Below are positions 51,129 to 64,000 of a stretch of DNA of 64,000 nt, in pieces (the first letter of the stretch is position 1; each line of letters starts with the position of its first letter). Source of the stretch: Cirrosporium novae-zelandiae. Taxonomy: Eukaryota. Location: NCBI GenBank assembly GCA_026023565.1, contig JAPETS010000040.1, forward strand, positions 62,001 to 126,000, written 5' to 3'. The notes under the pieces are model-generated. The model was not told the origin of the DNA. It worked only from the letters and a program-made list of their open reading frames with translations, and did not search any database. Position numbers and translations under genes: made by a program.

Positions 51129-52071
51129 ATGAACGGCATACGAGAAATCCAAAGGCTTAACAAGCGCGAACTTGAAGAAACCATGTACATCTATTCCATC
51201 CCCCAACAATGCGCATTCTACTGACAATATTTATAGCTCCCCCGAAGCTTCCTGGCACGCTGACTACCGTGATACAGCCTGGATCTACGTTGGAGGCTTT
51301 CCCTATACATTATCGGAAGGCGATATCATTACAATATTCTCACAGTTCGGTGAGCCAACACACATTAATCTTGTGCGCGACAAAGATACCGGCAAATCCA
51401 AAGGCTTCGCATTTCTTAAATATGAAGACCAGCGGAGTACGGATTTAGCGGTTGATAATTTAGGAGGTGCGACAGTGGGTGGAAGAATTCTTAAGGTCGA
51501 TCATACGAGATACAAGATGAAGGAAGGAGAAAATGACGACGACTATCTGGTTGACGGAAAGCGGGAGGAGGAAGAGGATGTGGACAATGAAGAGAGTGAG
51601 AGCGAGGAAGAAAGACCGCCGATCAAAGAGGAGATTGAATTACGGAAACTTCTGTCAGAGTATGACGACGAGGATCCAATGAAAGAGTATCTGGTGAAGG
51701 AAAAGAAGGAGGAGGTTGCGCGTGCTCTTGCAAAGCTGAAAAAGAGCTCTCGTCGAGGCAAAGATGAGAAGCATCGGCATAGCCATCGTCATCACCACCG
51801 GAAGAGGATCGAAGACGATGAATCAAGGCATTCCAGGAAGGATGATCGTTATAAGCGTGACCGAGATCAAAATCGGCCCCGCTCTTCGCGGGACGAGATA
51901 GACTTAGATGACTACAGAAAACGACGGAGAAGAGATGAAGACACATCAAAGTCTAGAGACCGCAAGGACTACGACTCTGACGAGCCTCGACGACGGAGAA
52001 GAAGTGAAGATGGACCAAGGTCGATAGATCAAAATACCCACAGACGGAGAAGCGATGATTCTTCTCGATAG
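51129..52071 (+). CDS. IST3: RES-complex / U2 snRNP RRM protein Ist3/Snu17 (Cwf29, RBMX2)
   Basis: MNGIREIQRLNKRELE..ASWHADYRDTAWIYVGG..GKSKGFAFLKYEDQRSTDLAVDNL; intron 51185-51236; R/D/S-rich tail. Confidence 0.93.
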
Positions 52072-52562
52072 AGCACTTATTGACTATATTTCCGGAAAAG
52101 GGCGTTCTTTGGGAGTCTCCAATGATTAAATATTAAGCTCGGTTCTAATCTACTCTATGCTGGCCACTTTAGAAGATCTATCCGTGTCGTCTGAGACCTA
52201 CACTTTCATCTCGAGGACTCCGACAATAGCCATCCCTATTGCATCCTTCAAATCAGCCCCCGAGGGCTAGTCTCAACCATATATTCATTATACGACGATG
52301 AAATTTTGTAGCTTATTTGATTAAATAAGCTACCAAGGTCAGCAGAAATGGGGAGAGACTTGCGTCTTTGCTTACCAGGCACGACTGAACTTGAAAGAGC
52401 ATCAATCATTTGCAAAATGAAAGTGACATAAGCCTTCATGTTGCAAATGTGTTGCCTTCATCATATAAAGAACTTTATGCGTGCTTAATTTCGATCATTG
52501 AGGCAGATACTCCCCATAAATTTAGGGAGTACTACTTGAAGGTATCACGTGGGAATAATCTG

Positions 52563-53968
52563 TCAAGTTCCAAGATACCTTTTCCAACCTTTACGAATGC
52601 ATCCCCTTCGGCCTTCCTCATCTTCATACAGGACGAATCTCTCCCATCTTGCATCTCGACCAGCCCCAATGATTAGGAGAGATTCGTCACTTGTCCAGCC
52701 GATGACCCCCTTAACAACTCTATTCAAAGGTACTCCTGAGACAGATGATAGCTGAGAGGATCCGTTAGACATCTCATTACCAATCTCGAAGTGTGCTGAA
52801 GTAAAAGAATAAATGTCGGAAAAAAAGCGCGGCATTAGCGGAATTTTTCCAAGGATGCCCCATTTTTGGCTTGGGTTCTCATCCAGTACAGGGTTGGAAG
52901 CAAGACTCCCACCCATTGGACTGTTAGCTCTGCTTCTATTTGCCCACTCGGATCGTGGTGGCCGATGTGGGTGAGGCAAGTCAAATATGTGGAGGGTAGA
53001 CTTGTCTGAGGTTACAGCTATTAGTGAGCTCGACGGAGAAATAGCAATGGAGAAAATGTTTGCGTGATCAACACCACGCCGAAGCTCTGCCATTCGGACG
53101 CAATTGGACGTGGAGAATATGCGTAAAAGTGTTCCCTAATATATCAGTTGAGACATCCGTAAATCAAATAAAGCACATTCACATACATTCTCGCTAGCGG
53201 TAGCAAGCACTTCTCCATCTGGACTCAAGTCCATGGCCCTTAGAGGCGAGCCATGTGCGGGTATGATGCTGACATTACCAGTCTCCAGCTCAACCATCTG
53301 CACTTGTCCTGGAGATCGACCGGGAAAAGCTAAGACCTTGGATCCTAGACATGCTAATCCCATAGGGTTGTCAGATGTCTCGAAGACTGACAGCTTCTCG
53401 GGTGGAACGGAAAACTTGTATACATGAACGCTATTCAGTAGCACAACAACGATGCGTGAACGATCCAGGCGAACACTGCAGACTTGGGTACGAAACTCGA
53501 GGGTAAATAGAACTGTCTGTTTGTGGTCGTCCCAGATGATGGCCTGCATTACACTATTCTTAGTAGGCGTTGCAGGTTAAAAAGTATCGTCGGAACTCAG
53601 AACAAGCCAACCTTATTCTGCGGAAACTTTGGCTGCTTGCCACCTCCTATAAGTGCAAGATAGTTCGTGCGTCCAATCATTTCGGCAAGTCCAATGCCTC
53701 CATTAAAATCTTTTCCCAGTGAGCATTTCGTACATGACAAAGGGTCACTTTAGCACTGTACCTCGAGAGACTTTGAGCTCGCACGGATCGGCATTGAAGA
53801 CTTTACAATGTTAGCAATACATACATCTTGATCGGCCAGAATGTTTCAAGCATCCATACCACAAAATCCACTATCCAGACCAACGGAGAAGCAGGTGCTG
53901 TCATTGTTGAAAGATGCGGAAAGCGATACGGGACCGCTAGATTCGTCGATTGCTTGTCGAGTGTTCAT
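52563..53968 (-). CDS. HSV2: PROPPIN WD40 protein Hsv2 (Atg18 family)
   Basis: [52 protein letters not shown] phosphoinositide motif; [11 protein letters not shown]; four introns. Confidence 0.92.
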
Positions 53969-55426
53969 GGTGTTGAGATATAATAGATGTAATAGATGAT
54001 ATATTTCACTTAGCTACCACTAACGTGCAAGCTACAATGAGGCCAGTGACCAAAATCTCACAATGAAAATGTTTCTATGGGAGAGGTTCGCATTACTCGT
54101 TGGGATTCGTTTATATGTGAAATACGTTAGGTCTGAAGTTGACGACCGTTGAAAGGAGGGGTAGAATGAGTTGAAAGGGAGGCTATGGTCGTGTCGAAAG
54201 TTTTCCAGAACGGAAATGAAAGCAAGAGACTACAGCACAACACATTAGGTTCAACTGGCGCCTGGATTGAGCACAAAAACACTGAGAAGTGGCGATGTTC
54301 CGGATGATTCCAGAGTGGGTGGTAGAGCAGTTAGAGTGGTATAAATAAAGTGGTAGAGAAAGGAATGCAGAGGTATACCCGAGTGTATTAGTTCTAGTAG
54401 AAGAAATGCATAAGGTATAGGTTGGGGAGCTGATATGAGTAATAATAGTTGATTAGGTACTTAGGTAATTAAGTTAGAGGGAGTCACAGAACCACGAGGG
54501 AGCCTCAAAAGACTATAATATATACAAAGATAGGTAGTCAAGTTCTGAGGTAGTGACGATGCTATCGGCTTTCTAGAGCCATGTGAGCTAGAAAGCGTAG
54601 AAGCTAATTAAATGACACTAAAATATGAAGCTTTGACAGAGGGGAGAAGGGGGGTGACTAAAACATTTTCTTCCATTGTTCCTCATTCTACCATTTTGCC
54701 ATTCTGCCGTTCTGCCATTCTGGTCTTCTCCCTCTGCCATTGCCTCCAGCCCAAGTTGGGTGGCACGGGTGGTTGGCGGTTGGTGGTTGGTAGTCGACGT
54801 GGTTGGCGTGGTTGGCGTGGTTGGGTCAAGTTGGCCCAAGGGGCATTTCTATCAGCCACTTACAACAGTATTCTACAGAGAACAGGGATACCTTTAGCGC
54901 TCCCTGGCCGCACGCTTGTTTCACCCCCGCAACCTTCAAATGCAGCGAATGTATTCATGTATCACCAAATCCTCCAATGCTTCAACTTATTTCAACTTAT
55001 TCCCAACTTATTATTAAAAACTTCTCCTGTTACCCTGGGTTACACTTTTCTCCATGGCCAGTCAACTCCACCTACCTCCACAATAGAAATATGGAACCTC
55101 CATCACATAATAATGCAATACTACACTCTCCTCATGATTGGGTTCGGCCGTTTTCACATCTCGTGGATAGGGAAGGTAAGACTGAAGCTGAATGGTCTTT
55201 TGATGTTTCAGCAATTGCCACTGTTACCTGGGATAAACAAATTTTTCCTCTTATAAGCCCTTCCGGTCTCCATTCTTTTCTCCGTTGATTCATACACCCA
55301 TTCACATTCGCTTTCAACTGCTGAATTTACTCTGAATTCAGCACATTTCTATCGTTTGAGACAGACTACCCATACTTGATACCTGTTTCTCACAGAGCTT
55401 GATCAGTCGTTTCGACCTTCTTCAGA

Positions 55427-56044
55427 ATGCGTTCCGCAAGCTCCATTATTGTCTTCACTCTTTCAGTCGCCTCCATCGTGACTGCCATACCGGCTGTCTC
55501 TCAAATTTCTGATGGCCAGGTTCAGGCTGGTACTTCTACCGCTGTAGCAGTATCTCAAATCAGTGACGGACAAATCCAAGCTACTACAGCTACGTCTACC
55601 GCAGTGGCCGTCTCTCAGATCAGTGATGGCCAAATCCAAGCTACCACCGTTACAGTTGCACCAGTTTCTCAAATTAGCGATGGGCAAATCCAAGCAACAA
55701 CGGCAACGGTTGTGGCCATCTCTCAAATAAGTGATGGTCAGATTCAGGCAACAACCCCTGTTGTAACAGTCGCAACAACAGTCGTCCCAGTTTCTCAGAA
55801 CAGCGACGGCCAGATTCAAGCCACCACTGCTGCTGTTTCTCAGATATCCGATGGTCAGATTCAGGCTACCTCTGCGAGTCCTGTTGCTTCTTCGGCCTCC
55901 AACAACGGGACTTTTACGACTAGTACTCCAGCAGCTACCTCGGCTGTTCCTTTCCAAGGTGGAGCTGATACCCCAAGCAAAATTCCGTCAGGAATAATCA
56001 TTAGCATTACATGTCTTATCGCCTTGGTTACCTTTGCATTGTAA
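55427..56044 (+). CDS. PIR-repeat cell-wall protein, probably GPI-anchored
   Basis: Signal peptide, seven SQ(I/N)SDGQ(I/V)QA repeats, S/T-rich linker, hydrophobic C-terminus. Confidence 0.92.
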   Translation: MRSASSIIVFTLSVASIVTAIPAVSQISDGQVQAGTSTAVAVSQISDGQIQATTATSTAVAVSQISDGQIQATTVTVAPVSQISDGQIQATTATVVAISQISDGQIQATTPVVTVATTVVPVSQNSDGQIQATTAAVSQISDGQIQATSASPVASSASNNGTFTTSTPAATSAVPFQGGADTPSKIPSGIIISITCLIALVTFAL

Positions 56045-56929
56045 ATGTCACATGCCGAGATCCAAGTCGAATACTTCTACGACTGAGATTGTTGTCTTTC
56101 AAAATACGCCGTGATTGAAATTGTTGGGTTCGTTGTTAATATTCATGTTAGATGTGTCATGCCTCATGGTTTAGTGGATGGTGGATGGTCTCAGAAAAGG
56201 TTATAATAGAGATCTTCATGGCAAATGTTTCTTGCTATGGCTTGGGATGGTTGGGCTGTTAGGTTTCGAGGGTAATTACGATGGTTTACTTATGACTCTT
56301 TATGTATGTAGTTTGACCGAACAAGTATGAAAAATATTCAGAATGTCATTTTGTTCATCAGTTTATGGATCGAGTAGGTTCCTTTGCATCGAACTAGTAA
56401 AATGCCATATCATAGATAAGGATTTGTCTAGTCAACTCAATTACAATTACATATCCATCTCGTACACGCTGCCATGATTTGGTATAGATATTTATCTAGA
56501 TGTCATGTTGTATACAAGGTTAATAATTTCTAGTGAGATATTCAAAGACTAGGGAAGAATTTGAAGTATTTTCTGTACAAGGTGATGGACTATAGTAGAA
56601 TGGGTTGTGGCTACAGAGTATCGTGATACCATGCTGTGGTAACCATGGAGTAATTTATGAAATCAATGCCTGATGGGCAAGGCATCGGGAGGAAAGAGTA
56701 ACTGGGTTCTAATTGGATGGCCCCGGAGAATCCTCGAAAAAGGGGAAGGACCCTGGTACTCCCTAGGTCGGTGAATTTCGCTTGCACCAGCGACACTACA
56801 AACCCCTAAGCTGTACAACGAAGCTTCAAACATCACCTCTCCCATACCATCTACTGAGGCTTGCGGTCAAAACCTCTTCGCTCGTTCCATACTTTTCTTT
56901 CAAATCCTTCACTCAATAAATCAGACAAT

Positions 56930-58484
56930 ATGTCTTCGCCAATGAACGCGGTATGCTCTACCTTCAGGCTTTCTAGCCTCCACGTCGATGGGACCTGGCA
57001 ATCTTGTTCTTGGCTCTGACGCCCAGTCCAATGCCTGAATTATTGCTAACTCTGTTTCCTTTAGATCAAGATCCGCAGAAAGAAGAATGTCAAGAAGGGT
57101 ATTCAGTTCTGTTTGATGGTCTGCGGTGCTTCAGGAACTGGTATGTCTTTCTGCTGTGGATATCCTAAGAAATGACCTGACCGCCGTCTCAACATAGGAC
57201 GAACTACATTTGTCAACACCCTTTGTGGCAAAAGAGTTCTTCAAGCGAAAGATTCGGATGACGCTGCCAATGCGCATGTTGAGGAGGGTGTTAGAATCAA
57301 ACCTGTCACCGTCGGTACGACTCGACCTTTCCTTGTCCACAAACATATTCGAAGAGACTCCGCTTCTTTAAACTTGCTGTCCCGATCCTAACATGTTTGT
57401 CAGAACTAGAGCTTGATGAGGAGGGAACACGTATCTCGTTGACTATCGTTGATACCCCGGGTTTTGGAGACCAAATCGACAATGAGGCTAGGTACATCAC
57501 TTATTCAACTGTCTTTCTTCATGGGTCACTGATGCCATTATAGTTTTGGTGAGATTGTGGGATACCTTGAACGACAATACGATGATATTCTAGCCGAAGA
57601 GTCTCGAATCAAGCGTAACCCAAGGTTCAGGGACAACCGTGTTCATGCTCTTCTCTACTTTATCACACCCACCGGTCATGGGTAAGATTGCTTTGTGGTT
57701 TGCCTCTTTAGACTCTTGTTAACATGTTTAAGTCTCCGAGAACTCGATATTGAATTGATGAAGCGCCTGTCGCCTCGTTGCAATGTTATTCCTGTTATTG
57801 GCAAAGCGGACTCTCTGACGCCAGCAGAACTTGCAGAATCGAAGAAGCTTGTCATGGAAGATATTGAACATTATCGCATCCCAGTCTATAACTTCCCCTA
57901 CGATATCGAAGAGGATGATGAGGACACCGTTGAAGAAAATGCTGAGCTTCGGGGCTTGATGCCATTTGCGATCGTTGGCTCCGAGGAAACGGTAGAGATC
58001 GGTGGCCGTAAAGTTAGGGCAAGACAATATCCGTGGGGTGTTGTCGAAGTTGACAATCCTCGGCACTCTGACTTCTTAGCTATCAGAAGTGCTCTCCTGC
58101 ATAGTCATTTGGCGGATCTAAAGGAGATTACTCATGATTTCCTCTACGAAAACTACCGAACAGAGAAGCTCAGCAAGAGTGTGGACGGTGGTTCGGCACC
58201 GTACGTATCATATATACCTTTTCTATTATATACTCTAACCATAAAATAGGGATTCCAGTATGAACCCCGAGGACCTTGCTTCCCAATCTGTCCGACTCAA
58301 GGAAGAGCAACTTCGTCGCGAGGAGGAGAAGCTCCGCGAAATCGAAATGAAGGTACAACGCGAGATCAACGAGAAGAGACAGGAGTTGTTGGCTCGCGAA
58401 AGCCAGTTGAAAGAAATCGAGGCTCGCATGCACCGAGAGCAAAGCCAAAATATGGAAGAGGCAAACGGAGAAACAGCTGCATAA
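56930..58484 (+). CDS. CDC11: Septin, Cdc11/AspA group
   Basis: RRKKNVKKGIQFCLMVCGASGTGRTTFVNTL, DTPGFGD, VIGKAD, RQYPWG, YENYR, C-terminal coiled coil; six introns. Confidence 0.93.
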
Positions 58485-59214
58485 GGGATGGCGTAGTCCT
58501 CAACTTTTCCCTAATCATTATCACAATCAGTTTGACCAAACAACCTCTCATCTATCTAGAACCGGCAAAAATGGTGTTGATAGGAGGGATCTGGTAGTTG
58601 GACCTGAAGGGCTTTCAAGCCGAAACCTGGACTTTGTAATGGATGAGCGAGCGTGCTTGAGGTGTTTAGCATTTTCTTAATTCTTTCTCTGGTTAGATTG
58701 AAGCGTGTGTATAATTCTCATTCCGATTTAATGACCATTACAAAATGCGGAGGCCCAGCCATTCTCTCATCTCTATTAGGGGTCTTCAGCAACGGAACTT
58801 GCTGGATGGGTAGCTAACATGCTCTAACGAGCCATTTCATAAGCTTTGAGGGGTTGGAATCTAGTAACATAGGTGGTGTTTTATATATCAGTTCAGTAAA
58901 CTAATCGATTTGCTACATCTTCCAAGTAGCATTTTATATATTCTAAAACTTGTAGAAAGGGTACAACGTAAGAGTAATTTATATATACTCATCAGGGTCT
59001 GGAGGTGCACGGTTCGGTCTTCGCTTAAACCGCGGTGCCACATGACGCCGCCATGAGCCTGGCAGCTTCGACAAAGTTCCGCAACATTACCCCAACCACT
59101 TTGATCACCTCCTGCCAAACTTATATTCAACGAACACCCCTTCACGTTACAAACCCAACGAGTTGTTATCTATCTATTGAGATTCTTTCCTTAAAATCAC
59201 ATCATACTTTTATT

Positions 59215-60510
59215 ATGGCTTCGAATACGAAATATCAGCCAGCCCCGCAACGCGATTCCTTCGAAGAGGCTCATTACCCCCAAGCCCCTCCTTCCTATCA
59301 AGCTGAAAGCAGCTCCGCCGATCTTCTTGGAGCGCCCCGATCGGAGGATGATAATGTTCCAGATGATTTCAAGGTAATGGCACTTCTACCATACACTCTG
59401 GGAAGCTTATCTGACTGGTATTTGCGTAGTTTGGAGGTTCTGTCGCAGAGGCGACTCTACCGATTCGGATGCAGTTTATCCGTAAGGTCTATGCTATCCT
59501 GTAAGTCATTTCACAACAATCCTGCGCATTCGATCCAGAAACAAGCCATGGTCGCCAAATGAACCTTATAAGAGAATGAGACCTTTGAGAAGTCTGGAAA
59601 GTTACCTCGATATATGGTTTAGATAATGCCTCCTAGGCATCAGCCTTCTCTTCAGCACACCATAATATAGGAACAAGGTCAGGGGTTCAGCCTAGATAGG
59701 AGAATAGCTGTAATCGCAAAGTTTCAAAACACCCATTCCCCTTGAGGAACTCTGGATATATCTCGTCTGACTGAATTTAATGTCTTCCTGGTCTCGAGTA
59801 TTCTGGTCCCTGGTCGATATCTTGTCATGCCTAGGACTGTCTCGATATCCGACATGGCTCGTTTATAGATTGACTATGCTATTAAATCATATGGATTTAG
59901 CTAACAAGGATCTAGAACCGTCCAGCTCCTTGGAACAGCCGCACTCAGTACCATTTCGTTTTTCAACAAGGGCTACAAGGAATGGATTCAGAACAATTCT
60001 TGGATGATGTGGATTAGTTTATTTGGAGCCATCGGTTTCATGCTTCTGACATTCTGGAAGAGAAAATCTTATCCGACAAACCTCCTCTTCCTCGGTGGAT
60101 TTACCGCGCTTGAAGCGTATTCCATCTCCGTGATCTGTTCGTTTTTTGATTCCATGATCGTCCTGGAAGCGCTGATAATCACCCTTGCTATCTTTGTTGG
60201 CCTCACTCTGTTTGCCTGCCAGACCAAATATGACTTTACCTCGTGGATGCCCTATTTGTTTGGAAGCCTTTGGATCCTAATCATATTTGGATTCATGGCA
60301 GCCTTTTTCCCATACAGTAGCACGATGGAGTTGATCTACGGGGTTGCGGCTGCAATCATTTTCAGCGGCTACATTTTGGTGGATACCCAACTAGTTATGC
60401 GTCACTACCACGTTGAGGAAGAGATTGCAGCAGCCATGTCACTGTACCTGGACATTATCAACCTCTTCCTAGCTATCCTCCGAATTCTCAACAGCCAGCA
60501 AAATAACTAA
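59215..60510 (+). CDS. BXI1: Bax-inhibitor / TMBIM family protein Bxi1
   Basis: PDDFK|FGGSVAEATLPIRMQFIRKVYAIL|TVQL..SYPTNLLFL..SLYLDIINLFLAILRIL; introns 59374-59429 and 59501-59915. Confidence 0.93.
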
Positions 60511-61813
60511 GGTGCTGTGTCAAATACGCGTCAAAGGGGTGGAGAGATTACAGGGAAGTGGTGCATTTCAGGCTGAGAGAAGAGAAAACAGTCATGAGAT
60601 CAGAAATTTTTTTGCACTGTCACATTAGTACAGGGACCGTAGGAAGGCGTTTCGGGGTGTATAGGGTTCTTTGGATTATTGTACTTTAGTAGGGCTTGCA
60701 CGTTGGTGATAGTGCTAGATCGATCAAAAAATAATTTTCGATTTTGCTTCGAAAGCTGGTAACAGTCTCAAAATAATGGACAATGCCTTGATAATAAGTC
60801 TAGAGGAAATTAAATGACAATCAAAGTAAAGCAAAACCCAATAGGAGAATTGAGATGGTAATTTCGTGTACGTATTCGTATTGTATTGCGGTGGTGGGAG
60901 TACTCGAGTAGGTGTAAAGAGGAGCCGTAAGAGATGGGATGGGCCGATGTTTGTATTGTGCAGAAATATGAAAGTGATGATTGGCCGGATAGCGGAGAAA
61001 TCACTGGGCCGATGGGGAGATGGAAAGATGAAAAAAAATGAAAAACTGTCTGTATGAACTTCGCACTCGGGAATTGGAAGCTTGAAGGACCTCTTAATGG
61101 CTTGAGCCTTGATCAATACATTTAGGCGTCAGAACTATACCTATTTAGTTGAAACAACTTTGAAGTAACTGCATCAGAACCCTGTTGTTCATGGTCTTGG
61201 TTGTCTCCTTTGATCTGTCTCCTTTGCCGTCTCCTTGTTGACAGCCTCCCCTCGAAGGAAACAAAATCTCAGGTGTTGCGCCCACAAGGTCAAAAAAGTC
61301 AAGCAACCTTAACCACCATCCACAATTTTCTAGTGCTCCACCTACACAACTACTACCAGACACCATTGAGCACCATTAACCCTCCATCCCTTCCCTTCCT
61401 TCTTCGAGCCATTAATCCCTCCTCTCCCCCCCATCAAAACCCCATACTCTACCGAATATAAGATACCCTTAACCATCCTCGAAGTCACCTCCGCATCTCA
61501 CGTCGACTACTTCCATCGCTTGTGCATCCTCCTTCGAATCGCAATTTCTTTTTTTTTCAACTCTCGAAAACAAGCTCTCACCGCTTTCAGAATCTATCCA
61601 AGAGTCCATTGAAAAGACTTGGGAGGGGAAAACCAACTCCTGCTACACCCATTTCAACCCACGTGTTCGCAACCGACGCCTCTCCACTCCACTTGTTCAT
61701 TTGTCACGGAACATTACCCAATGCGTTGTCAGGTTCCCAGTGACTAGAATATACCTGAGGCCGAACCATTTAGATTCTATCTTCCGACTCGATCGTTGTG
61801 TACGCTAAACACC

Positions 61814-63513
61814 ATGGCAACGGTACAACCAGCTTATGTACCTTTATCGGACAAACCTCCAGCCTATGAAGAACATGTCCTTGGCAGCGAGGAAGATGGG
61901 ATTACTGTTCCCCAGAGCAATGGCCACCAGTTCATGCATGAGCCAAATGGCAAACAGGCGAATGGATATGCCAATGGAAAGAAGGATTCTATGCTACCCG
62001 CAAAGCCCACGATGAAACACAAGGAGGAGACTGCCACGGAAATAGCTTGCGGTTGGATTATCAGACATCAAATTGGTAACACTCATTCTTCCCCGCATAA
62101 TGGCAGTACGATTGTACTGACTATCCGCAGGACTTGCGGTCAATCTCCTTTCCTTGCTTTTCCTAACACATGGCATGATCCCTCGAGCCAGAAGGCATAC
62201 CACCAAGTTTTTTACGCTCTCTTATTACAATCAGGCAACAGGCGAATATGCAATTGGCTGGAATGATATCAACATGATTTTTTTCTACATCATTGTTTTC
62301 ACGGGACTTAGAGCTGTGGTGATAGATTATCTCCTTATTCCGCTTGCAGAATGGGCTGGTATCAACAAAAGGAAGGACAAGACTAGATTTGCTGAGCAGG
62401 CTTGGATTTTTGTGTATTATGGGGCATTCTGGAGCTTAGGCATGGTCAGCAACTTTGGAAACCCCTCCAATACCATGAACCATTACTAACAGAGTATTAC
62501 AGTATCTCCTTCTTCAACACGAGTACTGGCGGGACTTCAAACAATTATGGGCGCCCTGGCCATACAGGGAAATGGGTGGATTGTTTAAGTGGTACTATCT
62601 CGTTCAATTCGCGTTCTGGTTGCAGCAAATTGTGGTGGTCAACATCGAAGAAAGGAGAAAAGATCATATCCAAATGTTTACACACCATATCATCACCTGC
62701 GCATTGATTTTTGCCAGTTATGGCTACCACCAGACCAGAGTCGGGAATTTGGTCCTCTGCCTGATGGATTCGGTGGATCTGATTTTTCCAGTAAGCATTT
62801 GATCCTTGCCCAAAGACCCTCTTCAGAATTGATATTGATTACTACGGTACCCACAGATGGCCAAAATACTCAAATACCTCCATTACCTGAAGGCCTGCGA
62901 CATCGCATTTGGCGTTTTTATGGTAACCTGGTTCATCTCCCGCCACATCATCTACGTGATGGTCACCTATTCTCTCTATGCGGATATCCCCAAGGTGGTT
63001 GACTATGGCTGCTATTACGGTTCGAACACGGACCTTCACGGCCCCATCCCTGTCCCCAACGACTTTAATCATTTTATCCAACCATACATAGATCCCGAGG
63101 GGCTTGTATGTTGGGATGGTAGCGTCACTTTTGTATTTGTTTCCCTCTTGTGTGGTTTACAGGTCCTTCTTATAATTTGGTTTGGCATGATCATTCGTGT
63201 AGCAGCACGAGTCATATCAGGAAAAGGCGCAGACGACACTCGTAGTGACGATGAAGGTGAAGACTCTCACAATCAAAATCAACTTCATGTCCCTCGCAAG
63301 ACGGATCTGCTCCCAGCAGCATCAACAGCGCAGCCTGATCCCATAGAAGAAGAAGCAGATATTGAGAGTGTGAACTTGACAAGGAGGCAGAACGGCTCCA
63401 CGAATAGGGGTAAGGGGAGGAAAGTAACTGCCAACACAACCGGTCTGAGTATTGCGGGACAGGGAGATCGAAAGGAACTGCTAGGACGGATTGGATGTGA
63501 AAAACAGATTTAA
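61814..63513 (+). CDS. TLC-domain ceramide synthase, BarA/Lac1-type
   Basis: RFAEQAW, Lag1 motif RKDHIQMFTHHIIT..VGNLVLCLMDSVD, ADDTRSDDE, DRKELLGRIGCEK; three introns. Confidence 0.92.
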
Positions 63514-64000
63514 GTCTGTATTTGTTTGGGTGCTTTCCTGCCTTGTTGTGTTGAAGCAGTGATGGGATTATCAAAGCTATCAAACAAAAGGAATGAGAGG
63601 ATTGATTCATGGATGGACGGATGTGTGTGTATGGGTGTTACGTGGGAATAGCACTTTTTCACTTTTTTCTTTATTTTTGCATTAGAGGTCTTGGATTCCG
63701 TTTCCTATTTAAACCTTAGCTACCCTAAAAGTTCGAGCCTTTTTTTTCATTTTCTCCTTTTCTCTTAGCGGACGATGATGAATGTTTTTGTATTGCATTT
63801 CCGAATGTTTATGAGATGCATTTTATGTTCTGTTTTTTTTTTCCTGCATGTGTTTTTTCCTTCTTTCTAAAACTCGGATGCGCTTTATTTTAACAAAAGG
63901 CTTGCTCGAGTTCTAATTTTTTTATCACCAAGGATACCACTGTCTGTTCAAGTGTTTGTTGTTTATCATCATCATCATCATCATCATCATCATCGTCGTC

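Noticed and set aside
54612..55256. 214-aa ORF upstream of the PIR gene
   Set aside because: Runs through promoter-type repeats; atypical composition and no domain
55490..55870. Regularly spaced DNA repeats resembling an array
   Set aside because: They are coding PIR repeats with synonymous variation; eukaryotic context, not CRISPR

Overview
Eukaryotic (filamentous ascomycete, Pezizomycotina-type) genomic DNA with short GT-AG introns, CTRAC/CTAAY branch sites and many microsatellites. I can support about 18 protein-coding loci: an MCT-type MFS transporter (partial), a divergent pair (C2H2-finger protein with a frame-shifted retropepsin-like tail, and a DUF7580-like kinase-fold protein), a 69-aa spliced microprotein absent from the ORF track, Tcd1/2-like ThiF enzyme, Ppn2-like metallophosphoesterase, a 'GGPP-synthetase-like' hypothetical, a DUF3176-like protein, a SWIRM protein, a 13-exon PQ-loop protein, Ssk1, mitoribosomal mS45, a Whi3-like RRM protein, dynein light intermediate chain, Ist3/Snu17, Hsv2, a PIR-repeat wall protein, septin Cdc11/AspA, Bxi1 and a BarA/Lac1-type ceramide synthase. 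The best leads are the head-to-head kinase-fold / zinc-finger-aspartic-protease pair at 1.2-4.8 kb (candidate non-self-recognition or cell-death module, possibly decaying), an intronic box C/D snoRNA in the mS45 gene, a hairpin-dense non-coding block at 4.9-5.3 kb, strand-biased GCAU motifs downstream of whi3, and a 14-kb gene desert upstream of whi3. Family names come from motif recognition by eye, not from database searches.
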